Source: Geosiphon pyriformis uo1
Taxonomy: Eukaryota > Fungi > Glomeromycota
Direction: 5' to 3'
Length of the DNA: 64,000 bases
Assembly (NCBI GenBank): GCA_016748015.1
Contig: JAAOMT010000653.1
Span: 1 to 64,000, forward strand
Shown here: in pieces, positions 11,780-23,859 of the stretch
Position numbering within the stretch: position 1 is the stretch's first letter
Layout of the letters: each line of letters starts with the position of its first letter
Position numbers and translations under genes: made by a program
Notes under the pieces: generated by a model
The model's database searches: none
The model's input: the letters and a program-made list of their open reading frames with translations, nothing else
What the model was told of the DNA's origin: nothing

Positions 11780-14098
11780 ATGGCATGGTTGACAGTTTTT
11801 TGAATTCAAATGGAAAAATGGCATCCAAAGATTTGTCTTCCGTGATTGTGGCAGGTGGAATGTTGCTGGTAGGTGTTTATTCGAGTTCCTGGTTGTTGGG
11901 TGTGGTGTCTTCTGAAGTAATCAGAAGACTTAAATAGTTTTGGAAATTCAGGTTCTGGGGTTGACCAGTACTCAAATTCTGCTGGCATAATTCAGATGGT
12001 TGCTATGAAAAACTGGGAATTGGTTGATGAACTACCATTGCCAATCTCCAGCTCTGTTGAGTCATTCTCAGTTTTTGGATTCTATTGGGTGGTAAGCTTT
12101 GGGGCAGTGTTTGGATTTGTTGGGGTTGATAGATTATTTGTGGCTGCGGTTATTGATAAATCACTTGTGGCTGCGGTTGATAGATTGGAGCTTGATACAC
12201 CAGAGACTGATAGATGGATAACTGCGTCACTAGTAGGTAAGTGGGTTGGTTTTGATTTGGGTACTGATTTGGAGTTTGGAACTGCAATCGGGGTTTCGAT
12301 ATTGATTTCCTGATTGTTGGTTATTTAAATGCTGGCGACAGTCAATTTGGATATGTTCTTGTTTACCACAATAGTGGCAGATACGTGTTTCCTGTTGCCA
12401 CTGTTGATTGGTCAATGAAGATGGACATGGCTGATTTTGGGCATGATTAGAGTTTCCTTGATTATTGCATTGTTATGGAGACTGATAAATGGTGTGATTG
12501 TCAGCTAAGTATCCTTCCAATCTTTTATTAATTGATTCACTGAACTTCTCCAATTTGAAATCTAATTTAGATGATTCGTTCATTACTAGATTAATGGCTT
12601 GGGTGTGATTAGTCTCTGACTCAGTGGATTCAAAATTTCTGGTGCATGTAATTGCATCTTGAAGGGTGCCTAGATGCAATAGACATACATGTTGCAAGAT
12701 GCTACTGTGCAGGCCATGGATAAACTGATTGAATATCTGTGGTGCTGTGAAATAGTTGGCATCAATTGCTTGAATTTGGTGCAGGTTTCAATGGAAGCGT
12801 CCTAGGTAAGTGGTGACTGCTTCAGTTTCTCCTTGTTTCATGGTGGTGAATGTATTGACTAGGCAATTGATGCTGTTATTGTTGCTGAAGTATCTTAGAA
12901 ATTCTGCTTTGAAGGCATTGAAATCTTGTGGTTTATTAACCAAGCTCTAATATCATGAATTGGCAGTATCCTTGAGAAAGTAGGGAATGGCTTGCATTGC
13001 TTAGGCATTATTTCAACCATTGGCTGCAATAGCCTTTTCTATATCATTTAATTATACTTGAGCGTCATCCTCTTCGCCAGTAAAGTTGTTAAGTTTTGTG
13101 ATTGGTGCGTAGGCCATTGGATCTAAGTTAGGTGGTTGTGATGGCTGTTGAAACAGTTGTTGTTGTCCTGGCTGTTGGGGTGGTAGTTGAAGTGGCTGCT
13201 ATATGGGTTCGGCTATGAGATTAATCGGCAGTTGATCGATGATAATTACCAAAGATAAATTTTGCTGATTAATTAATTTGGGGTTTGGATTGTTGTGCTT
13301 TTGATGATTTGGAGTTTTGATTTCCGAATTTTCTAGATCTAGATTTTGCTGAGTTTGAAAATTCAGGGTTTCAACTTCCGGATTTTCAGTGATTGGGTGC
13401 TGGTAAGTGAATTTTTGATTCTCTGATTCTTTTTCCTTTTTTTTTGATTCTGCTGCTTTCCACAGATCAGAGATTCCGAAATCTGGTGAAGGTGGTGGTG
13501 ATCGAAGTCCTGATGGAGTTGATAATCGCAAATTAAATCCCTCAAAGTATTCACTGTATGGTCCTAATAATTCTGTTTTCCTTTGTCTACTTTGGAATAG
13601 AAATTGTTCAAATGCTGATGTCGCAGTTGATGAGAACACATCTGTTAATGATATGTTGATGGCACTTCTAGGTGTATAGTGGTAGGATGGGTTGCTTGGG
13701 GATTCAATTCTGTTTTTCTTACAAGTAGGCAGCTGTATTTTTCTGGATGTTACTGCTGGTGTTTGTAATTTTCCTTTGCCTTTACTAGCATATGTAATTG
13801 GATATCTTTGTTGAGTGTGATGTTCAATTTTTTTGTTAATCTCAGTGATAATGAATGCGAAATTATGATTTGTTGGTAGGTTGGTGTTTTGAATTAATTC
13901 CCTATAGAAAGTTTCTTTTGCTGATTCAGTATTTACTGGTGTTCCTAGTAAAGAGGAAATCTTTTTGTTGACATAAAAATTGAAGGCTGATTCGGCGGAT
14001 ATATGATTGTGGTTTAATCCCAAGTATTAACAATAGTGTTGAAATAAGAATTTTGCGAATTCTAAATGGTTTGCTCCTATATTTTTTTATTCTGCCAC
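11780..14098 (-). pseudogene. gag of element A: Met-free N-terminal extension from GTG 14098, capsid-like region from ATG 13117, CCHC knuckle
   Basis: ORF 13199-14023 is in frame with GTG 14098 and with ATG 13117 (MAYAPITKLNNFTGEEDD). CHYCGKQEHIQIDC at about 12340-12380. Confidence 0.85.
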
Positions 14099-14142
14099 TT
14101 TTGGTTTGGTGTTGTTAGTGCTGGTTCTTTGTAAAATTATAC

Positions 14143-14160
14143 TTCACAAGAAGCATCAAA
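14143..14160 (-). promoter_or_regulatory. Primer-binding site of element A (decayed)
   Basis: Minus strand TT-TGATGCTTCTTGTG directly after the 5' LTR, a G>A variant of TGGTGCT... as in element B. The tRNA identity is not determined. Confidence 0.7.
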
Positions 14161-14977
14161 TGTTACAGATGATTATTTCTGCAGTTGAATTGAATAACAA
14201 ACCCATAACTTGGTGCTCAAAAGCTACTTCCATTGATAATATTCTGTAAATGTTGTATCTGAAGGTTTTGTTGAAGTCTTTTGTATAATGGACAGAGATT
14301 CAATAGTGTTAATAGTAGATGTATTTTTCCAAGAGTTTTTCCAATTTCTTTCTCAGCATAGTGGCCAGATTTAGTCTGGCAGTCATGTTCTTTTGGTAAG
14401 CTATCTGATAATATATAAAATTCTACCCTTATTTCTGGGTCTTTTACCAGGCTATTCTTGATGTCAATAACTCGGCACTTAATCTTGTAATCAATTAGTA
14501 TACAACAATAAAATTAAAGAAAGAAAGAAAATAAAATAAAATAAAGAAAAGAAAATAAAGAGAAATAGAGAAAATAAGCCAAGGCAATTTGGTACGTTAA
14601 TATCTCGTCAATAGTCATAATCAAAAGCTATTGTTTCAGTGTGGTTAAGTATCAATTACTATCAACACTTCATGTTGATAGGGAGGAGTGGATTGAGATA
14701 TGAAATAATTATTTATTTGATGATTGTGTTTCTGAGCTATGAATTTTGTCATCTCGATTCTGTCTTTTCTGTTTCTAACCTTACTGCTATATATACATAA
14801 TTGAAATTCTTTAATTCCTCGATTCTTCATGACAGGAATCCTGGAATTCTTAGAATCCTGCAATTCCTATGCGAGGAATCCTGGAATTCTGGAATTCTGG
14901 AATTCCATATTTTACTATGCTACTTCTGATTGGCTAATAATCATGCTAATATATTTCCTATATTTCTATGAGTAACA
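14161..14977 (-). repeat. 5' LTR of element A (817 bp)
   Basis: TGTTAC...GTAACA termini; direct repeat of 4986-5819. Confidence 0.95.
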
Positions 14978-14981
14978 GCAT

Positions 14982-17900
14982 GCAGCAGCATTGAAAAGAC
15001 AAGAAAAGATATGGTCTAAAACTTTAACATCACCACAGAACAAACATACTACACTGAGATAATACTTATCATAGAGTCATTTGTGTACAGCAACAAGAAG
15101 CTGATAATATAGGACCTTTATAAAATACATCTGAAAGCCAGCAGTCCACATGCTAGTAAAACCAGCAGCTAAGTGAGAATCCGGATACCAAACCAAAAAT
15201 GATCTGTACCAATTAATATCAGTATGCAAGCTGTCCACCATGACCCGTAAACCAGAATCAATTTCATAGCGTGCTTGATGAACAGACCTAAAAACATCAT
15301 AAACAAAATATTTAAAGTTACCAGAAACTGCAGTACCACCTGCCTTTAGAAAATGCTTGCCAACCAAGTGAGGCAGAAACCAATCCAAAAATGCAGCATT
15401 CTTAGCCAGTTTATCAGCACACTCATTGCCCAAGACACCTGAGTGACCTTTAACTTTAACCCAATTAACAACTAAATTCTTACAATGGATAACATTCAAG
15501 ATGTGGTAACATTCGATCCAACACCAATTTCTAAAATCCAGGCAAACCAATAAAGACTTCGTCTTGCATACATCCAGAGCAGCTTGACTATCTGAGAACA
15601 AATTCACATGACAAAAAGGAGGAACACACTCAAGAGCCAAAGCAATGGCCTGCAACTTTGTCATGGTAGAAGAAACCAAACCAGACACTCCTACACCCAA
15701 ACTTAAACCCACATCCTCAAAAAAAACAGCGGCATCAGCCTTCATACCTAAAGTTTCCAATCCACTAAAAGACCCATCTGTATACACAGACAGATGACTA
15801 GCACTAACACTCAAGAGACTATTACTAACAATACCAAATCCATTAGACTGAAGAATATTAGAAGAGAAGCAGCCATCCAAAGACAGAGGGTAGACAGATG
15901 AAGAATCTACTCCAACAAGAAAGCAAACTGAAAACTCAAACCACAAGGGAACTGGGCCACAAGGATCCAACTGCTTCTAATATTTGAACATTCTCCAATC
16001 AAAAACAACATCATTTTGGTCATGCAATTGCTCCATGAAAGCAACTCTATAATGCTGAAGGGAAGCAACATATTTACAATAAACAGGCTCACCAAGAACA
16101 AAAAACAAAGGAGTTCCACCACGGAAATGAAAAGCACTGACCAAAGAGCCATCCAGAGACAAATCATACCCAGAAAAAATACGGATCATACCAGCCAAAA
16201 AATTGTTTGAAGAATTCACTCTAACACAAACCAGAAACTGTAAAAGATGACAAGAGTTCCAGTTAAGAACTTGAAGATCATGAGATCTGTGAGAGAACAA
16301 CTGACCCAAAATTCCAGTCAAATTTGCAAAAAAAACTGTAGAAGCAGATTTGCTCTTAGCCTGAATTTGCTCAAAAGATTTCAAATTGTATAGAGATGGA
16401 TGATAAAATGCATCACTGAGAAAATCATGAGAGAGACCAGATTTAGACTTCAAACATTTGTGGATCAGAGTGTCCCACTTATTACATACACTAAGATGAA
16501 CATAACTAAACTGAGTCCTGTAGCTGATAATTGAAAACAGGACTGCCAACACTAAATAAGCAAACTGCTTATCCAAGATTGCCTTTCTCAGAACAAGATT
16601 AACAAAAAAACACACATCCAAATGAGCTTTAGCCAAACTAGGCTTCAACAAACTCTCAGTTAATAAAAAAATACCCAGATAATAGTAAAATTCATCTTTT
16701 TTTGCAATAAAAATTGGTATGCCACTGATAGTCAGACATGGGAACACTACCTGACAATTAATAGGAATGGTCACAGTTTTGTCATTGTTTATGGAAATGT
16801 TATTAAATCTAAAAAATTCACCAGCAACATTGAGAATGTATTGTGTAGCAGCCTGGCTACTACTAATCCAAATAGTATTATCAACAAAAGCATCTGCAGT
16901 AAAAAATGATGTCAATCCAGTTTGAAACTCTGTTTAGTCATTTTTGAAAACAAAATGAAAATTCAACCTGTATCCACACATACTTTCTTGTCTCTTGACC
17001 TTACACAAAAGTAAATCATAGAAAATGCATCAGAAAAGAGGTGAAAAAACCTTTCCTTAATCCAAACCATCATGAACACAATACTCATCAGTTAAACCAA
17101 AGTTTGTCATCACTCTGTTAACACAACCATTGTGAATCCCACCAAAAAAATCTAATGAACCTGTTACACATCTTGATTCTAACTAAGCTTCTTTTGAGAT
17201 AAACCCACCCAACAGAATTATAGGCCTTATATATGTTTTGCAACACCAGCCACAGCTCCTGGTTCTTTTCTAAAGCATCCTTAATTACAGAACCAATGGC
17301 AAAAATAGAAGATTGCATTGATGTACCTTTCAAGACAGAGAAGTTGTCTCCATGAAGAATATCAAAAGTGCTACAAGCTGAAGAAATTCTGTCCAAGAGA
17401 ATCTTGGAAAGGATTTTACAGACCATTTCTATCAATGCAATAGGACAGGTGTTTGTAAGAACACTCTCCCATTTATATGGTTTAAGAATTATCAAGACCC
17501 AGGCTTCTTTCCAAAGACCAGGAACAGACTCACAAACCAAATAACAATTCAAGAGCACCAAAAGCATATCTAAAACTGATTTGTCACAGCATTTCCATAA
17601 TTCATTCAAGATGCCAGAAAGGCCAGCTGCTTTCCCATCAGGCAGATTTGATACTACAGCAAACATCTCATCAAAACCAATTGAGTTCATAATGTTGAAA
17701 AAGCACTATTAAAGACGTAATCTAAGGGCTGAGATTAACAAATCCAATCATCTAAGATATCAGTCACCACTCTATGCTTCCTAGTCCATCTCTTCATTAT
17801 TACATCTACCTTAAACTTGACCAACTCAGGCTCCAAGACTAGCTTGTCATTCACAACCAAATGGTTTAATACCACTTTGTGAAAAGGATGCTCCAACACA

Positions 17901-19192
17901 CTCTTGATGGTGTGGCCTTTGTCTAACTCAAAACTCTCCATTCTTTTATTAATAGCCTGCTTGATAGAGGACTCTTCAGCATGCCTGGATTTCAGCAATT
18001 TGGAAGAGCAGTACAACTTTCTTGTCTTGGCCAGTGCAGAATGAATAAGACCAAAATTAGAACTTGAGAGAAAAAGAGACCTCACTGCTGATGCACCAGT
18101 GGAATTGAGCCTGTTCCACACCTTTAGCAAAGAAGCAAAATTATCACTAGAGACCAAATACAAAGCCTTAACCAATTTAGAAACTAGCAATTCCAGCTTA
18201 TAAAATCTGAAAAACACCTTGGTAAAAACATCTTCAAAACTCTTAAACCACCTTTTTTTGAATGTACTATTTGCTGAGAGAACCATGATCTTGCAAATAA
18301 TATTCCACATAGTATCCAGATCCAAAAACTTACTGGCCAAAAAGAAATCATCCAAAAACATGGCAGCATTGGCTGCTATAGATGTATTAAACTCACATCT
18401 TTTAGCATCATTTGTATTTTTGACATCAAATTTCTAACGATCCTTATTTGCTTGTTTGCATAGTAAATTCAGTCAAACATCAAACAAACTACCCAAACTC
18501 ACAGAGACAAATACAGCCATGTGATCAGTATTAAAATAGTCCATGACATCAATCATATTACAATCCACAATAGCATTAACCAGATTTGAGGAGACAAACA
18601 CATAATCAATTGTTTTTGTAACACCATGAGAATTGTACCAAGTAGGTGCTTTTGCAGTAGAGCTTCTATTTAGAGAATTCATTAAGCCCAAATTAAAGCA
18701 TTTTTTAAAACTAGCACACTTTTGAGACTTATTCTCATTAAAGTCACCACTGAGAACAATAAAAGAAGACTCATTAACAGCTTTTACAATAAGAGAGTTG
18801 ATTTTACTGGCCTGAAAGAACCAAACCAATGCAAAGACACCAGCATAAAGACCCAAAATTGACATGGAAAGTTTATTCTTGAACAACAGCTTAATAGACA
18901 AAAACTGACCAGACACCTCAAAAACTTTGTAAACATGCTTTGCTAAAGAATTGTTCATAGCAATAGCAATCCCAGAATTCATGTAACCAGAATTCAGGCC
19001 AGACATGAACACCCAAACCTTATTGAATTTGTTGACTATTCACAGACAAATCTTATTCTTAAGTTTTGTCTTAGTGAAAATTGAAACCAGATTGTTTATA
19101 TCTTTGTGCCATTAAATAACATTAGCCTGCTTGGCTGAGTTATTTAAGCCTCTTATATTACATGTTGCAATTTTCCAGACAAGATCACTCAT
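14982..19192 (-). pseudogene. LINE-1 ORF2 (APE endonuclease-RT-RNase H), continuing at 4508-4985
   Basis: Starts MSDLVWKIATCN at 19192. Contains LSGDFNE, TIDYVF, TDH, GKAAGLSG, LQNIYKAYNSV, AFVDNTIW, VYTDGS and VKVKGHSGVLGNECADKLA. Confidence 0.93.
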
Positions 19193-21235
19193 TGAGAAGA
19201 AAACAAAGCCGATGAACCCAAACCCAAGCACAAATGGTCCAACTTCTCCAAAACAGATTTAACTGATACTTTTAAAGCCAACATCTTGGATTCTAGACCA
19301 CCAACTTTGGTGGTCAAAATCTTAGAACTACTCGAACTTAAGTTAATGACTGTATCATTAACAGCTGAAGAAAAGAGAATGGAAGACACCAATACACCAT
19401 CTAAAGTCATGTTCAAATCCAAGCCAGAGGCCACATACACAGAAACAACTGGAGAAGAGACTTCAAAAGTGACTGCCAGGGACACCAAATCAACAAAACT
19501 CAATTTTTTCAAAATGCCAGAAACCTGGTTAGCCAGAAGCCCCAAAAAGCATTCCAAAAAAACCATACAATCATACAAGTCTGAATTACCAGAGGAAGCA
19601 GAGGCAAATGAAGACATCTTAACACCAGAGGACTGACCAGCACCAAAAAGAATTGAGAAAGTCACACAAAGCGAAATACCACCAGCAACTTGAGCCCAAG
19701 TTTTACCACCAAAAAAGACCGGATGTGCAACAAGAGCCTTTTTTTTTTATAAATATACACCAAACAGACTCGATTCTGATCAGTCACTATCTGCTTCCCA
19801 CAAACTCCAGAATTCCCACCAACTGAACACACATCAGAAATATGACCAAATTGTTCGCACTTGGCACAACATGCCAAAGAAAAACTAGCCCAGTGCAGAT
19901 TCACACCCTTAAAAACAAAAACAGAACCAACAGCAGCCAATTTGGATGTCTCATTCTTGAAACAAATTACAGCACATCTGTCATGAACATATGAACTAGG
20001 ATTACAGCCAATGAAACAAGTTTTCCCACCATATGATTCCAGCAGACCAGACAAATCATGAACAGTTGTGTCAACTGGTAATGTGTACAACAAAGCCTGA
20101 TGTTGATCTCTCAAAATCCATAATTGTTTGTTATTAATCGCCAAAGCCACCTGCACAGAGTCCTTACCCATGAGAACTGATCATTTGGAAGCAACAGAGC
20201 TAGCAATCTCAGGAGATTTAAACTCCACCAAAGCTTTTTGCCATAAACCAATTAATTGTATCTTGATTGATACAATCTTACCAAATTTAGAAAAAACTGA
20301 TTCAACTGCTGATTTGGAAAGATCTACTGGAATCTCTTTAATTATCACTTCTTGATTCAAACAGCTGTTTGGTTTCCTAATCACATTATTGACCAAAATC
20401 TTTTCTCTAACTACCAATTCTTTAGCCATATTTAGACTCAGCTCAGAAGTAAAAGAGGATCTGATGATCCCAGGAAATTTTGAGAAGGTAGAGGCTCTTC
20501 CAAAACCATTCACATGATAAAAAATTCTTTTAATAGAAATTAACTTATTACAACTAGTTTTTTCAGGTACAGCAAACAATTTCACATCCAAAGCAAACAA
20601 TTTTACTGGCTCAAAGCTCCATTTTTCCAGAACACATGACTTGACAGATGGCAGCTGATTGGAACTATTAAACTTCGGCAATAGAAGACTTAATGCATTC
20701 TCATCATCACTTATAATATTAAATGTTGGAGCTTTTGGAGAGTTGCCCAGCACATAAGTTCGAGTTTGGGTTTTTCTCGGCATAGCTACATCCATATTGT
20801 CATCTTTTCTTAATTCCGCATAGCTTATTTCCTCGGTGTTACCGGAGGTTTTTGGTCTCTTTTCTTAAATGTTGTTGATGCTTGTTTGCTGTGAATTCAC
20901 GTTTTCTGGATGTGGTTGAACCTCCAGTAACTGAATTTATCTTCAAATTATCTCCTATAATTTGAACCGCTGGGCTTATAAGTGGAATGGCCAATTCCGT
21001 GCCAGTTACTTTATGTAGTTACGTTGTAGTAAACGTCAACTCTTTCCCAGGAATTGCTCGTCTGGAAGCTCACTAAAAAATGTGTAGTTACTTTGCTGTG
21101 AAAGTCAACTCTTCTACAGGAATCTCGTCTGTAGGCTACCCAAATGATTATGATAAGAAAAGAAAGAGAAAAATAAAAGAAACGTAAAGAAATAGAATTT
21201 TGTCAAGGAAACGTTTTCTATCCAGGCCTGGAGTC

Positions 21236-21254
21236 AGATGTGTATAAGAGACAG
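21236..21254 (+). other. Nextera/Tn5 mosaic-end adapter contamination
   Basis: Exact AGATGTGTATAAGAGACAG, which yields the artefact peptide PVSYTHLT in ORF 21148-21984. Confidence 0.98.
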
Positions 21255-21942
21255 GTTTCAAACGGTCTCCATGTGCAACTTTTGCTAGGATTTTGTCATC
21301 AAGTCTTAACTTGTATGATCCATTGCCTAGTATTTCGTGTATATAAAATGGTCCATCCCATTTGTGTTCAAATTTTCCACTCCATTGTTTTTCAGCCTTA
21401 GTTCTATGTAAGAGAACTTTATTTCCAACTTTGAATTCGTTGGTGGCTGGTGGCATTAGTTGGGGAGCGGGTTGATAATGGTTGTTCTGGTACTGTGGTC
21501 TTGGTGAATAATAAGCTGGTGGTGGTGGAGATTGATAGTACGATTGTTGTGGTTGGGAATAACGTTGATTATTCCTTTGCTGCTGGTCTCTTTGCAACTT
21601 CCTACAATCTCGTTTCCAATGTCCTGGAATTCCACAATAGTGGCAATTCTGGGGTTGACCAATGGGTGCTGATGAGAAGTTTCCTTGGTTCTGTCGTTGG
21701 GGTGGTTGATATCTTTGCGGTTGTTGCTGCGGTTGTTGTTGATTGGTGAAGTAGTTTTCAACTTTCTTGGTAAGCTGGTCAATTTTCTCTTCAGCTGCTG
21801 AGCTGGTTTCACCAATGGCAAGGTTAACAAGCTTTGTGCGGTTAGCTTCTTCCATAGCCATTTCGTAATTTTTCGCATGGCGAATGGCAGTAGCTAAATC
21901 TTCTGGGTTGTGTGGGCGAACTTTCTTGATCAGTTTGTCCTT
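21255..21942 (-). pseudogene. Element B fragment: gag C-terminus (CHYCGIPGHWKRDC) joined in frame to integrase tail
   Basis: ORF 21148-21984. KWDGPFYIHEILGNGSYKL matches the integrase tail of element A. Confidence 0.8.
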
Positions 21943-22455
21943 NNNNNNNNNNNNNNNNNNNNGAATTTCAAGTGTAATAATCAAAGGATTTGGTTTTCGA
22001 ATATTTAATTTTTATTTGAGATATGTAAAAAATGATTTGTTCTAATTAAGATACCTAAAGTAAGATACTATGGTAAGATATGAGAAGATACATTTTCTTG
22101 AAGAGAGAAGCTCTTCTTTTATACAACTTGTTGTAGTACTAGTCTTTGAACTTGCACTTTTTCTCTTTTCTAGAATTTCGGTGAACTAAAGATACATTTC
22201 GGCGAACTATGAATTATTTCGGCCAATTTCCATTAATTTCGGCAAATTTTTGCTATGTTATATGGTTCAGGGTATTGTGTAAATTGATCATCTCAATTTC
22301 TATGGTCCAAATCGGGTTATTGATTAAATGATGATAATTGCTAATTTGATTAAATAATAAGTGAAATTCGAAACGATAATAATATATGCTAATTAATGAT
22401 AGGAATTATAAAGGAAATTTCATGCTAATTAATAGCTAAAATTCTACTGGTAACA

Positions 22456-23286
22456 TCGGTCAATTTGTTGTGACGAATTCATTTCACTGTTGGAAGTCTG
22501 GGGTTCTCTTGATGATGATAATGCCTCTGTGGTCAGGTCTCTCTTTCTCTCCGGCTCACCTCTTGATACTGTTCAGTCAGCTCTTTCCAAGATCAGAAAA
22601 ACTTATTGCTTACTTAAAATGGCAGAATTGAAGCGTGTAGAGAAATCTCAAATCAAATTGGCAATCTATAAGAGGATGGAAAGTTTCGAGCTGAACAAGA
22701 GTCACACTATTTGGAGTGTTCTGGAGCGCCCTTCCCATAAGGTCATCTTGGATCACTTAGTTGTGGACGATGAGCTGGTTATGGAATCTGGTCCTGTGAG
22801 ATCAAGGGTGGATGAAATCATAGAAGGATGGACTAAGAAGCATAGGGTGGTTCCCAATGTCTCTAATGTATGACACCATCAGTATTGGCCATTGGATTAC
22901 ATTTTTGATGAGGCTTTTTCTGGTGTAATGCAGCCAATTGAGTTTTTAGAATTGTTTGGCATGGTTTCTGATTTGCCTGTTGGCAAGGCTGCTGGTCTTT
23001 CGGGTATTTCGAATGAGCTGTGGATGCATAGTGATAGGTCTGTTCTGAATATGCTCTTGGTGCTTCTGAATTCTTGTCTGTCTCATGAATCTGTGCCTGG
23101 TCCTTGGAGGGAAGCTTGGGTTTCGATGATTCCTAAACCATATGAATGAGAAGGTGTTCTCACAAATACCAGATCTATAGCCTTGATCAAAACAGTTCGC
23201 AAGATTTTCTCCGACAGGATATCACTGGCATGCAGTGCTCATGACATTTTTTGTGGGGATAATTTTTCAGTTTTGAAGGATATGAC
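22456..23286 (+). mobile_element. LINE ORF2 fragment (linker to RT start), probably from another locus
   Basis: GKAAGLSGISNELW and GDNFSVLK. Lies between a B-type LTR end and an N gap, opposite in orientation to LINE-1. Confidence 0.85.
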
Positions 23287-23422
23287 NNNNNNNNNNNNNN
23301 NNNNNNNNNNNNNNNNNNNNNNNNNNNNNNNNNNNNNNNNNNNNNNNNNNNNNNNNNNNNNNNNNNNNNNNNNNNNNNNNNNNNNNNNNNNNNNNNNNNN
23401 NNNNNNNNNNNNNNNNNNNNNN

Positions 23423-23814
23423 GTGCTGAAAAGTTGTTTCTGTTTCTGTTTGCCTTTATTGCTTGTTTCTGTCTCTGATTCGAAACCTAGAGAAAATTGT
23501 TGTGGGACTGGGTATTTTTCTTCACAGTATTGGATGATATTGAAATCAAGTTCTTGAAAGTAGGTGGCAATTGTTTCACTGTTGAGCTCCTCAGTATTTA
23601 GACGAGAATAGTGTAGTAAGTTGTTGTAGAGGTTGCTTTTGACTTCAGTAATGTTGTAGTCTCCAAGTAGGTAGTTGTTGAATCGGTTTTCGATGTATTG
23701 GTATAATGATTTCTTAAATGCCTCAATTCCGTCTTGGATGTTGAATCTTTGCTTGCAGTGAGTGTAAATCGACTGGTAGTACTCTAGAGTTGTTATGTCT
23801 GAAGCAGACGCCAC
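23423..23814 (-). CDS. N-terminal part of gag of element B, GTG start, open to the gap
   Basis: Stop-free and Met-free 130 codons beginning AAA GTG GCG, about 28 nt after the PBS. Confidence 0.75.
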
Positions 23815-23841
23815 TTTGAAGTTGTTGTTGCTGTGTTGTTT

Positions 23842-23859
23842 CCGTGGGAGAGCACCAAA
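23842..23859 (-). promoter_or_regulatory. Primer-binding site of element B
   Basis: Minus strand TT-TGGTGCTCTCCCACGG right after the 5' LTR, complementary to a tRNA 3' end ...GAGAGCACCA. Confidence 0.85.

Larger units (their letters stand above)
4986..14977 (-). mobile_element. Complete Ty3/Gypsy LTR retrotransposon A (pseudogenised): gag-PR-Cys-rich-dUTPase-RT-RH-IN plus ORF3; 4-bp TSD GCAT
   Basis: Two LTRs with TGTTAC...GTAACA termini. GCAT at 4982-4985 and 14978-14981. PBS, PPT and pol domains in Ty3 order (IN after RH). Confidence 0.96.

Noticed and set aside
11990-12300. Programmed gag-pol frameshift in element A
   Set aside because: The frame change near 12285 looks like a private indel; the downstream Gln/Pro-rich gag tail runs in the same frame as the protease.
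21236-21254. Tn5 end suggesting bacterial transposon or horizontal transfer
   Set aside because: It is the synthetic hyperactive mosaic end used in Nextera libraries, a single copy next to gaps.
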